Shown here: positions 53,756 to 64,000 of the stretch, one piece after another
Layout: every line of letters begins with the position of its first letter
Position numbering within the stretch: the first letter of the stretch is position 1
From: an uncultured Planctomycetota bacterium
GTDB lineage: Bacteria > Planctomycetota > Planctomycetia > Isosphaerales > Isosphaeraceae
DNA: 64,000 nt
Reading direction: 5' to 3'
NCBI GenBank assembly: GCA_963845755.1
Contig: CAWJTV010000010.1
Span: 1-64,000 of the forward strand
Position numbers and translations under genes: made by a program
Notes under the pieces: model-generated
Told to the model about the DNA's origin: nothing
Databases searched by the model: none
What the model saw: the letters and a program-made list of their open reading frames with translations, nothing else

Positions 53756-55876
53756 CTAGGTCTCAGACTTGTCCGGCGACGACGAAGTCGCCGATGTGGA
53801 AGCCGGGGGACGTGGGAGCTGGATAAAGAACGTCGCACCCTCTCCGGGCGTGCTCTCGACCCAAATCCGACCTCCGTGGGCCTGGACGATCGTACTGCAG
53901 ATGGCCAGGCCGGCCCCCGTGCCTTCGTATTCTTCCTGAGTATGTAAGCGTCGAAAGAGTTGAAAGATGGTTTTATTGAACTGGGGATCGATGCCGATCC
54001 CATTGTCCTTTACGACGATCGTGGCATTCTCGCCGGCTTCGTCACCGAGGTCTGCATTCGCCGAACGCGGTTCGTCGGGCCCAATCGCCCCGATTTCGAC
54101 CCGAGGGCCCGGGCTCCGATTGTATTTTAGCCCATTTGCGATCAAATTTGCCAGCAGTTGCCGGATCCGGTCACTGTCGCCCCAGATCGTCGGAAGCGGG
54201 CCGACGAGTCGAATCTCGGCGCTCTTGCTGCGGATCAACTCGCCCAGGTCGGTCCGGACGATGGCGATCAGCTCATTCAGATCCAGCATCTGGAATTCAC
54301 CGATCACCTTCCCGGCGCGTGAGAGGGTCAGCATTCCGTGGATCATCGCCCGCATCCGACGCGACGCCTCGACCAGGTATCGCACGAATTCTTGCCCCTC
54401 GGCCTCGAGGCGATCTCCGTAATCCTTCATTAGGAAGTCGGAAAACGCGATCAGGGTGCGCAGGGGCTCCTGAAGGTCGTGCGAAACGACGTAAACAAAC
54501 TCGTCCAGCTCACGATTCTTACGCGAGAGCTCTTCATTGGTTCGGGCCAATCTCTGGTTTTTCTCATGGAGCTCGGTTTCCAGGCGCCGCCGGGCGGTCA
54601 CATCCTGGGCCACGAATCGGGCGTGGCTGACCGAGTCCTTCGGTCCATGGACTACCTTACCAAGGACCCAGACATCGATGACTTCCCCGTTAGTCTTGAG
54701 CCAGCGGCGCTCGGTCTCGATGGAGCCTTGCTGGAGAAATGCCGCGAAACCAGCCCGGAACGACTCCCATGACGACTCGTGAAGCAGACCTTCGTATGGG
54801 CGTCCGATGAGATCACCTCGCTTGCAGTCCAACGTCAACAGCATCGTTTGATTGCATTCGATCAGGCAACCGGCGGGATTGAGGCTGAAATACATCGCCG
54901 GCGCGTTTTCATACAGGTCGGTATAGCGGTCCTTGAGGTCCTCGAGCTCGCGGTTGATTCGTCGCAATTGTTCGTTGACTCTCGTCAACTCGAGTGTCCG
55001 GAGTCGGAGTTCGCGTTCGGCGCGGACTTTCTCCGTCACGTCCGTCAGATGACAGCGGAGGTGGGCGACCTTCTGGTTGTTGCCATATCGGGCGCCGGCG
55101 TTGACTTCGATGGCTCGCGTCTTTCCCTGCGCAGTGCGGATCCGGACGATCAAACCGAGTGCCTCGCCCCGTTCCAGGGCCTGGGTAAACGTGGCCTCGA
55201 CGCGGTCGCGGTCATCGGGATGGACGATGTCGAGGAACGACTTCGTCTTGAGGTCGTCGAGAGTCCAGCCGAGAAACCCCTGTTCCGCCGGGCTGGACTC
55301 GATCCAATGCCACCCGACCGGCTCGAGGCGATTGACCATGTCGATTGTCGAATAATCGCCCGACAAGTGCGGATCGTCGGGGCCGCCGAGGCCGATCGAG
55401 GGCTCGGCAAACAGGCCGCTTCGTGTCATCGATGCGGCCGGCAGGTGTTGCGGGCCGTCCCGGTTGGCCGCGCATGCGGGACGGAGCCCGGATGCCCGTC
55501 TACGGGCCGCCTTCAGGACCGCCACGACCTCGAACACCAGCCGCGTCAGATCGCCCGGCAGATCGGCAGGCGCACGAGCCGGCTCGCCCTTCCGAACGGT
55601 CCTCACGAAATGCGTGATCTCCGCGATCGGTCGGTGCCAGCGCGCCCGATCGCTCCAGAACAGGATCGCGAAGGTCATGACCGCCGCCGCGAAACCCGAG
55701 GCGGCCACCACCATCGCATCGGCCCCGCGCAGCTTCGAGATCGCCATGGCGATCACGGCCAGCCAGGCCAGACAAATCACGCACGCCGCCGTCCATCGAC
55801 CAGGGTGCCAGGCACGTTTTCGAGGGAGGTGAGGCGGTCGCCCGGTCTCGTTCGCTGCGTCCTCGTTTTGGGTCAT
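53756..55876 (-). CDS. Membrane PAS-PAS sensor histidine kinase
   Basis: Two N-terminal TMs, two PAS domains, H-box SHDLQEPLR, NLIANGLKY, DNGIG, GTGAGL. Confidence 0.92.
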   Translation of the reverse strand: MTQNEDAANETGRPPHLPRKRAWHPGRWTAACVICLAWLAVIAMAISKLRGADAMVVAASGFAAAVMTFAILFWSDRARWHRPIAEITHFVRTVRKGEPARAPADLPGDLTRLVFEVVAVLKAARRRASGLRPACAANRDGPQHLPAASMTRSGLFAEPSIGLGGPDDPHLSGDYSTIDMVNRLEPVGWHWIESSPAEQGFLGWTLDDLKTKSFLDIVHPDDRDRVEATFTQALERGEALGLIVRIRTAQGKTRAIEVNAGARYGNNQKVAHLRCHLTDVTEKVRAERELRLRTLELTRVNEQLRRINRELEDLKDRYTDLYENAPAMYFSLNPAGCLIECNQTMLLTLDCKRGDLIGRPYEGLLHESSWESFRAGFAAFLQQGSIETERRWLKTNGEVIDVWVLGKVVHGPKDSVSHARFVAQDVTARRRLETELHEKNQRLARTNEELSRKNRELDEFVYVVSHDLQEPLRTLIAFSDFLMKDYGDRLEAEGQEFVRYLVEASRRMRAMIHGMLTLSRAGKVIGEFQMLDLNELIAIVRTDLGELIRSKSAEIRLVGPLPTIWGDSDRIRQLLANLIANGLKYNRSPGPRVEIGAIGPDEPRSANADLGDEAGENATIVVKDNGIGIDPQFNKTIFQLFRRLHTQEEYEGTGAGLAICSTIVQAHGGRIWVESTPGEGATFFIQLPRPPASTSATSSSPDKSET

Positions 55877-56105
55877 GGGTCACCGATAGCCCTGCCCGGC
55901 GCGGAATGCGTCGAATCCGCCCAGGCTGATCCGCACACACCGCCGACACAGGACAAAGGACTCATCTAAACCCAATACGGCTGGATTAGCGTTAACCGGC
56001 AGAAGAGACAGGACATGCGAACGTCTTGTTTCCGTGCTTCCATGTGGGGACGAGCACCAAGCTCTTATCTGACTTCGACTTATCACGAATTCAACCGTCT
56101 CGGAC

Positions 56106-57248
56106 CTAATCCGGAAGGTCAACCTCGTCGAGCTGGCCTTCGGCCGCGTGGGGAGCCACCACGTCGGGCTCGGCCATGGGCAGCCAGATCGAGAACGTCG
56201 CGCCCCCCTCCGGATTGTTCCGGACCATGATCCGGCCCGACTGCTCCTTCAGGATCGCGGCGGCCAGGTACAGGCCATAGCCGGTGCCTTCCTCCCGGGT
56301 CGTGAAAAACGGTTCGAAGATGCGATCGATGTAGGCTTCGGGCACGCCGGGTCCGTCATCCCTGACGTCGATCGTGACCCACGACCGACCCTCGGCCTTC
56401 GCCACGCCGGTGCTCGCGACGATCCGGCCCGTGCCATGGGCTCGCGTGATCGCCTCGTGGCCGTTGCTCAGGAGGTTTAGCAGGACCTGCATGAGCCGTC
56501 CGGGATCGACCTGGACCTTGGGGACATCCGCCCCCAGCACCGCCTCGATCCGTACCGGCTGATCTCGTGGCGGCAACCCCTTAACGAAGAGGTCGATCGC
56601 TTCCAGGATCGGCGCCGAGGGGTCGGTGACGTGGACCTCCGAGGAGCCTTTCCGCACGGCCGCCATCAAGTGTTCGAGGCGGACCTGGAGGATGCGGGAA
56701 CTCCGCAGGATCGAGTCGATCCATTGTTCTTCTTCTTGGCCGGCGACGGCCGTCATCTGCAAGAGTTCGGCATTGCCCCGGATCACGGCGAGCGGGCCGC
56801 GGATCTCGTGGACGATCCCGGCCAGCAACCGTCCGACCTGGGCGAGTTGCTGGTTGAGCATCGCCAGGCCGGACATCTGACGGAACTCGATCAGTCGTCT
56901 CACTCGGCCCAGGATCAACGCCCCAGCGGCATCCTTTGCGACGTAATCGTCGGCTCCAGCCTCCATGCCCGCGACAACATCCGTGTCGTCATGCCGTACG
57001 GTCAGCATCAAGACCGGGATGGCGGATGTCTCGGGGTTGGCCCGAATGGCCCGGCAGACGTCGAGCCCGGACATGTCAGGCAGATTGACATCGAGAATGA
57101 TAACATGCGGCCGAACGTCACGGGCCTGTCTTAGGGCATCGCACCCCTTGGCTACTTCGTAGACGGAGTATCCCGCGCGAGCGAGGATTGTTCGCAACAG
57201 GGCGCGATCCGCTGCGTTATCATCCACGATCAAGATGGCACCGCTCAT
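56106..57248 (-). CDS. Receiver-histidine kinase hybrid
   Basis: N-terminal receiver (ILIVDD, LDVNLPDMSG), HEIRGPL H-box, NLLSN, DDGPG, GTGYGL. Confidence 0.9.
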   Translation of the reverse strand: MSGAILIVDDNAADRALLRTILARAGYSVYEVAKGCDALRQARDVRPHVIILDVNLPDMSGLDVCRAIRANPETSAIPVLMLTVRHDDTDVVAGMEAGADDYVAKDAAGALILGRVRRLIEFRQMSGLAMLNQQLAQVGRLLAGIVHEIRGPLAVIRGNAELLQMTAVAGQEEEQWIDSILRSSRILQVRLEHLMAAVRKGSSEVHVTDPSAPILEAIDLFVKGLPPRDQPVRIEAVLGADVPKVQVDPGRLMQVLLNLLSNGHEAITRAHGTGRIVASTGVAKAEGRSWVTIDVRDDGPGVPEAYIDRIFEPFFTTREEGTGYGLYLAAAILKEQSGRIMVRNNPEGGATFSIWLPMAEPDVVAPHAAEGQLDEVDLPD

Positions 57249-57605
57249 CAGGTTACGCTCCGCGGCCACATTCAACCCTGATTTCGGAATCACCATCGAT
57301 TCATCCAATCCGAGAATCACCCAGCTCTTTTTTCGGCGATTGGGAAGGCGAGAGGCCGATTGCGAATCGCGGGAGACTCCGCGCCGCTTGGCCTATTTGT
57401 ATAATACGAAGGAAATCCAGGGCCGGGACATACAACTTTCCCCCCGGCCGGCGAAGGGCGGGACTTGGTATCGAGCCGACCCTCGCGAACGATGGACCGA
57501 GGACCAACGTAAGGTGGGCATGGCCAGCGGGCTCTCTTCCGGCCCTATGGACGATTCCCTCGCCTCCGAGAATCCAGAACCTCAAGGAGTTGACCTGATC
57601 CTGCC

Positions 57606-58728
57606 ATGAGCACGACGACTCTTGCAATGCGCGACACTGCCGTGTCTCCCTTGGCGTTCGAAACCCTACCGGGACGGTTCGCAGACCGAATTAGGCGAGC
57701 GGATCCTCGCCGTGAAGCGCGAGTTGAGCGATTCGCTCTTGATTCTGGGACACCACTATCAGCAGGACGACGTGATCCGTTACGCAGACCTCCGGGGCGA
57801 TAGCTACAAGCTCAGTCAGCTCGCTGCGGAGAGCCGGACCTGCCACTCGATCGTATTCTGCGGCGTCCATTTCATGGCGGAAACGGCCGACGTCCTCTCG
57901 CGGGAGGAGGTTTCCGTCTATCTTCCGGATCTCGGCGCCGGCTGTAGCATGGCGGACATGGCCGACCTGGAATCGGTCGAGGCCGCCTGGGAGGACCTCG
58001 CGGAATACATCGATACTGGCGATGTAACGCCGGTAACCTACATCAACTCGTCGGCCGATTTGAAGGCGTTCTGCGGCCGGCATGGCGGTATCGTCTGCAC
58101 GAGCTCCAACGCACGAGCCGTGCTCGATTGGTCGTTCGCCCGCCGACGGCGCGTGCTCTTCTTCCCCGATCAGCATCTCGGCCGGAATACGGCGCGCACC
58201 CTGGGCGTCCCGCTCGAGCAGATGCCCGTATGGGATCCTCGCCAACCCCTCGGGGGGAATACGGCGGAGCGGATCAGGTCCAGTCGCGTCCTCCTCTGGA
58301 AGGGGCACTGCTCGGTCCACCAGATGTTTAAGCCCGACCATGTTGAACTCTTCCGCCGAAGGTTCCCCGGGTGCCGGATTCTTGTCCATCCGGAATGCAT
58401 GATGCAGGTGGTTGACGTGGCTGATCTGGTGGGCTCGACGGAGTTCATCATCAAGACGATCGAAGACGCTCCGGCCGGTTCGGCCTGGGGTATCGGGACC
58501 GAACTCCATCTTGTCAATCGTCTGGCGCAGGAGCATCCCGACAAATCGATTCATTTCCTCTCCCCCATGGTTTGCATGTGCGCGACCATGTACCGTATCG
58601 ATCTGCCCCACCTCGCCTGGTGCCTGGAGAACCTGGCGCGGGGAACGCCCGTCAACCGGATCAAAGTGGACGTGGAGACGGCGGAGTGGGGACGGATTGC
58701 TTTGGCACGAATGTTGGAAGTCAAGTAG
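57606..58728 (+). CDS. nadA: Quinolinate synthase A; frameshift near 57660
   Basis: LGHHYQ, FCGVHFMAE, AGCSMA, YINSSA, CTSSNA, PDQHLG, CSVH, HPEC, CATM. Confidence 0.95.
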
Positions 58729-58859
58729 GGGAACCACCCTGTGGAGACCTGGAGGAGAGAGGTCGGAGGCTGGATTCGAACGGCGTGCCTCAGCCTTCCT
58801 TTTCAGCCTTCTTTCCCCCGAGCCCTGCTCCATACAGGGGGAGGCGTAGGAAAATAATC

Positions 58860-61110
58860 ATGCCTGTCAAGACGCTGCCGGGACCTTCCACGTCGGTGCG
58901 CGATGTTGAGATGATCGTCCATGGCGACCACTGGGACCCTTACGCGATACTGGGTCTGCACGAGGTGTCGGCTGGGAGCGGAGTCCCGAAAACATGGGTG
59001 ATCCGTGCGTTCCTCCCGGAGGCGCGCACGGCCTGGGTGGTCGACCTGAAACGGGGCGAGCCGGGCGAACGGATCGCGATGGAGCGGATCCACCCGGACG
59101 GGTTCTTCGTGGCGGTCCTGGAAGATCGCGCCGAAGCGTTTCCCTTACCGGCTAAGGGTGGAGAATCATGAAGGCCATTCGTGGGATTTCGTCGACCCGT
59201 ATTCGCTCGGGCCGGTGTTGACCGACTTCGATCTGCACTTGCTGGGCGAAGGGACGCATTACCGGAATTACGAGCGGCTCGGCGCCCACCTTCGGACCCA
59301 TGAGGGCTTCCGGGGGGTCCACTTCGCGGTCTGGGCGCCGAACGCTCAGCGCGTGAGCGTGACCGGCAATTTCAATCATTGGGACGGCCGGCGACACCCG
59401 ATGGGCAATCGTGGCGCGACCGGTATCTGGGAGACGTTCATACCGGACCTCTCTCAGGGCGAGGTCTACAAGTTCGAGATCAAGAGCCGGCACGATGGGT
59501 ATCTCGTTCAGAAGTCCGACCCCTACGGCTTCTCGGCGGAGCTTCGCCCCAGGACGGCGTCGATCGTCTGGGATATCTCGAAATTCACCTGGGCTGACCA
59601 GGATTGGCTGGCGCAGCGAAGCAATCGGCAGGGACTGGACAAGCCGATGGCCATCTACGAGGTGCATCTCGGCTCCTGGAAGCGGAAGGTCGATCAGGGT
59701 GAAGGATTCCTCAACTACCGAGAGCTGGCCGAGCAGTTGGCCTCGCATCTCGACCATACGCAGTTCACCCACGTTGAGCTGTTGCCGATCACCGAGCATC
59801 CCTTCGACGGAAGCTGGGGGTATCAGCCGGTGGGCTACTTCGCGCCCACGTCGCGGCATGGGACACCGGACGATTTCGCCTACTTCGTCGATTACCTGCA
59901 CCGGCGCGGTTACGGGGTGATCCTTGATTGGGTCCCGGCCCACTTCCCCAACGACTCCCACGGCCTGGGTTATTTCGACGGGACCCATCTCTACGAGCAT
60001 TCGGACCCCAGGCTGGGCGAACATCGCGACTGGGGCACGAAGATTTTCAACTACGGCCGGCCCGAGGTCCGGAATTTCCTCTTCGGCAACGCGCTGTTCT
60101 GGCTCGACCGTTACCATCTCGATGGGCTGAGAGTCGATGCGGTCGCCTCGATGCTCTATCTCGATTACTCGCGCAAGTCGGGCGAATGGATCCCCAACGT
60201 GTTCGGCGGCAACGAGAACCTCGAGGCGATCGACTTTCTCAAACGGCTGAACGAGGTCTGTCACAAGGAGCATCCGGGCATCCTGACCATCGCCGAGGAA
60301 TCGACGAGCTGGTCCGGCGTCTCCCGGCCGACGTATCTCGGGGGCCTGGGCTTCAGCCTGAAATGGAACATGGGCTGGATGAACGACACGCTCCGTTACA
60401 TGTCCAAGGACCCGGTCTATCGCAAGTACGAGCACGGCTCGCTCACGTTCAGCATGATCTACGCGTTCACCGAGAACTTCATCCTGCCGCTGTCGCACGA
60501 CGAAGTGGTCCACGGCAAGGGGTCGCTCCTCGACAAGATGCCGGGCGACCTCTGGCAGAAGATGGCGAACCTCCGGCTCCTCTACGGCTACATGTACGGC
60601 CACCCCGGGAAGAAGCTCCTGTTCATGGGCGACGAGATCGCGCAGTGGCGCGAGTGGAACCATGACACGAGCCTCGACTGGCACCTGCTCCAGTGGCGGG
60701 ACCACCAGGGGATCCTCGAGCTCATCCGCGACCTCAATGCGCTTTATCGCTCGCAACCGGCCCTCCACCAGGTCGACTTCGACTGGCAGGGCTACGAGTG
60801 GCTCGAGCTGCACGATTGGGAGAACAGCGTTGTCGCGTTCCTGCGACGGGCACGCGACCCGGCCGACGCCGTCGTGGTGGCCTGTAACTTCACGCCGATC
60901 ATCCGCGAGAATTACCGGATCGGCGTACCGTCCGGGGGATACTACCGGGAGATCCTCAATACCGACTCGGACATCTACGGCGGGTCGAATGTCGGCAATC
61001 AGGGCGGTGCCTGGGGGATCCCCGAACCCCACGGCGGCCGCCCCTTCCACCTCAACCTCCGCCTGCCGCCGCTGGGCGTGGTTTTTTTGAAAGTGCCGAT
61101 CGGGTCGTGA
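58860..61110 (+). CDS. glgB: 1,4-alpha-glucan branching enzyme; frameshift near 59145
   Basis: [55 protein letters not shown]. Confidence 0.96.
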
Positions 61111-61298
61111 CGGAGGGCGCGGAGGATCGCTTCGACTTGGGCGCATCCAGGCCGATGGTTAGAATGGAGCGGGATAGGTGGAGGAAGGCATGCCGTAGAT
61201 TTCGAAGCCGCTCGACGTTTTCAGCGAGGCCAGTAGAAGCGGGCGACTTCATGTGGGAAGATGGTGAGTGAACAAACTTGTGATCCAGGACCCACATC

Positions 61299-61658
61299 GT
61301 GAAGCAACAACGACCACGTTGGGGACTCCGCCTCGACACGCTCATGCTTCTCATCGTCATCCTGGCCCTCAGTGTGGCTTTGGTGACCGAGCGTCGGAGG
61401 AACAATCACAGAGCCCAGGCCGCCCGCGCCGAGGTTCATGCGGTGCGCGTCGAGGTCCAGTCTGCCCATGCCAAGGCCGACAACGCCGTCGCCGCGGCCC
61501 AGGCCGCCCGTGACCAGGCCGACAATGCGACTGCCGAGGCCGAGATAGCCTGCGCCGAGGCCGACCTGATCCGGGTCGAGGCTGGCAGGTTCAATGGGAT
61601 TCCGAGACAGCTAGGTCTCGCCGATCTGCCTGTCCACAAACCAGCACACTCCCGTTGA
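61299..61658 (+). CDS. Hypothetical protein, N-terminal TM plus Ala-rich coiled coil
   Basis: RLDTLMLLIVILALSVAL followed by an Ala-rich helix. Confidence 0.6.
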   Translation: MKQQRPRWGLRLDTLMLLIVILALSVALVTERRRNNHRAQAARAEVHAVRVEVQSAHAKADNAVAAAQAARDQADNATAEAEIACAEADLIRVEAGRFNGIPRQLGLADLPVHKPAHSR

Positions 61659-61727
61659 ACCGCCCGAACCTGCTAGAGCCGGGAAACTGACACGGATCTC
61701 CTGCGTCCACGTAAGGAGTTCGTAGCG

Positions 61728-62075
61728 ATGTCGAAGGTATCAGATCCTTCAACGCGGGTCGCCGAAGTCGGTCAGAGTGTATCCGAGCGATTCTCTCGTC
61801 TCGCCGCCGAGTGGAAGGATCAGTCGCGCCTCCTCTCGAATTCGGCGCAAATGGCCATGCTCAGGCCGTACCAAAAGATTACTGGGATGGGACCGCAGGT
61901 TGTCCCCCTGATCCTCGAGGAGTTGCGTCGCGAGCCGGACCAATGGTTCTGGGCACTGGAATCGATCACGGAACAGAACCCCGTGCCGCCTGAAGCCATG
62001 GGAAAGGTCCGGCTGATGGCCCAGGCATGGGTCCAGTGGGGGGAACCGCAAGGGATTCTCAAGCATAAGACCTGA
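61728..62075 (+). CDS. Conserved hypothetical protein
   Basis: AAGGAG RBS; protein-like sequence (YQKITGMG..VPLILEEL..WFWALESIT..NPV) that I recognise as a recurring hypothetical family. Confidence 0.7.
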   Translation: MSKVSDPSTRVAEVGQSVSERFSRLAAEWKDQSRLLSNSAQMAMLRPYQKITGMGPQVVPLILEELRREPDQWFWALESITEQNPVPPEAMGKVRLMAQAWVQWGEPQGILKHKT

Positions 62076-62168
62076 TCGAGAGCTTCCACGCCGTCAGGCT
62101 TTATCGCACGGGCCGATCGAAATGATGCCCGCAAGGCCACGGTGAGATCGGACAGTTCCACGAAGTCT

Positions 62169-64000
62169 TCACTCTTGCTCGAACTCGTCGATCGGGATGG
62201 AGGGCCGCGCTGAGGGGCTTTTCGATGCGGGAGATGAAGCCACCGGTGTGCGTGTGGTCTGCGGGATGAGCTCCTCAATCGCGACGTTCCAGGTGACGTG
62301 CCCGATCGCAATGACGGCCGTCTTCTTGCGGGGGTCGAGTTTGACGATCCGTCCGGGGCGGTCGTATCCCAGGCGCGGGACGACGACCCGGTCGCCGGGC
62401 TGGAGGCGTGCCCGGGCTTCGGCGATCGTATCGGCGTGACGGGTCTCGTCCTGGAGCTCGGCCAGGCGTCGGGCCAGCGCCTCGCGGGTCCGTTCGGCCT
62501 CGGCCTGGGCCTGGAGGGCCGCCTGACGAGCCGCCTCCGCCTCCTTGCGGAGATGTTGGAGCACTTCCCAATCCGGGACCGCGCCTCCTCGACGCCTGCG
62601 CGAGGTAAGACTCCGCTCGGGCGACCACGGGCTCGGGGAGTTGCAAGTGACGGGCGATCTTCAGCGCGTTCGATTGCCCGATATCGCCGATGTGCAGCCG
62701 GTAACGCGGCTGGAGGGTCTCGTCGTCGAACTCGACGGCTGCGTTCTCCGCGCCCGGGGTCGAGAACGCATAGGTTTTCAGATCGCCGATGTGAGTCGTG
62801 ACGATGGAACGGCTGCCGATCGCGGTCAGCTCGTCGAGGATCGAACGCCCCAGGGCGGCTCCGTCAGCGGGGTCGGTGCCGGCGCCCATCTCGTCGAGCA
62901 GGACCAGCGAACGCGCGGTGGCTTTGCCCAGGATCTCGCTGATACGGCGGACATGCGAAGAGAACGTTGACAGCGACTGCTCCAGGCTCTGTTCGTCGCC
63001 GATATCGGCCAGTACATCGTCGAAAACCGGGAATTCGGATCCCTCCGCGGCCGGGACGTGCAGCCCGCTCTGAGCCATGATCGCGAGCAGGCCGACCGTC
63101 TTGAGTGCCACGGTCTTGCCGCCCGTATTCGGACCAGTCACCACCAGGATATGGAATCGGGCTCCGAGATTCACGTCGATGGGCACCACCGTCCTCGTGG
63201 GCGAGGTCGGCGTCGGCGCGGTCGAGCCGGGTCCGGGGCCGGCCGGAGGTGCGGTCGAAACCGAAAGTGAGATCTCTGGGGAGTCGGAAGGTGCCACGGA
63301 TGTGGCCGGTCCAGCCGGCGGGCGTGTCATGACCGAATCGCCCTGGAATAGGGCCTCGAGCAAAGGATGTCGGGCCACACGTAAGACGAGCCGACCTTCC
63401 TCGTTGAATCGCGGGGCGGTCATTCGATAATCGATGCTCAGCCGTGCCTGGGCGTGGATCCGGTCGATCTCGGCCATGGTCTCCAGCGTCCCGAGCAGGC
63501 TTTCGGACACCATCCCCACCTGGGCACTGAGCCATCGCAGGATGCGCCGAACCTCCTTGGCCTCGCGCGCCCGAAGGAAGGAGAGCTGGGCGGACCGCTC
63601 GCCGATCGCCGCCGGCTCGATGTAGACCGTCTCGTTGCTCGCACTGGTGCGGAGGACCGCGCCCTGGACCTCGCCTCGATGGTCCTTGGAAATGGGTAGT
63701 ACGTAGTGGTGACCGACCATCGTAAAGTTCGGGAAGCGGAGGATCCTCCGCACGTCCGGCGAGCGGAGCAGATGACGAAGAGTCTCCTGGATTCGCTCTT
63801 CGACCTGCCCGATCTCGCGGCGCAGGGCGGTGAGCCGGCGGCTGGCGGTATCCAGGACCTTGGCCCGGCTGTCCAGGCACCCTTCGATGGCCACGACGAT
63901 GCCCGAGAATTCGCCGACATTCTGTCGGAGTCCGCCCAGGCGCGGGAACTGGACGCCGATCCGGGCGAGCCAGCGATCGATATCGCCGATGGCTCGCAGG
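62169..64000 (-). CDS. mutS2: MutS2-family ATPase without Smr domain; 5' end outside the window; frameshift near 62590
   Basis: SASNETVYIEP, ARHPLL, TGPNTGGKT, DIGDEQSLEQSLSTFSSH, LLDEMGAGTDP, TTH; C-terminal KOW-like LQPGDRVVV. Confidence 0.9.

Noticed and set aside
57400..57405. TATAAT upstream of nadA as a sigma-70 promoter
   Set aside because: No matching -35 element at the expected spacing; a lone hexamer is insufficient.
1..64000. Mass pseudogenisation or programmed frameshifting suggested by the many split ORFs
   Set aside because: The breaks are small indels without in-frame stops, scattered through accessory and housekeeping genes (nadA, glgB, mutS2) with catalytic motifs intact. 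Long-read assembly error is the simplest explanation; read polishing would confirm.

Overview
GC-rich bacterial DNA, very probably from a planctomycete (Isosphaeraceae-like). This is inferred from the LEGRALLS-type export signals, PEP-CTERM proteins, ECF sigma/Ser-Thr kinase pairs and a pfa/ole cluster. Many genes, including housekeeping nadA, glgB and mutS2, are split by single-base frameshifts, which looks like uncorrected long-read indel error; I report these genes rejoined. Bases 1-27 kb are an accessory signalling region with three ECF sigma + membrane Ser/Thr kinase modules, each beside an exported protein (two beta-helix proteins, two PEP-CTERM proteins). A near-identical 33-bp promoter-like motif sits upstream of both exported genes flanking module 2. 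The region also holds a duplicated decaying Zn-finger gene around a membrane-protein gene, a P450 remnant, a putative metallopeptidase and an IS element. Bases 27-30 kb hold an ECF41 sigma/oxidoreductase operon with a near-consensus ECF41 promoter. Bases 30-50 kb hold a methyltransferase and a contiguous pfaD-pfaA-pfaBC-oleABCD cluster for polyunsaturated fatty acid and long-chain olefin synthesis. Bases 50-64 kb hold a zeta-like ATPase with partner, a Tm-1-like/TIM-barrel pair, a two-component cluster, nadA, glgB, two hypotheticals and an Smr-less mutS2. No rRNA, tRNA or CRISPR array was seen.
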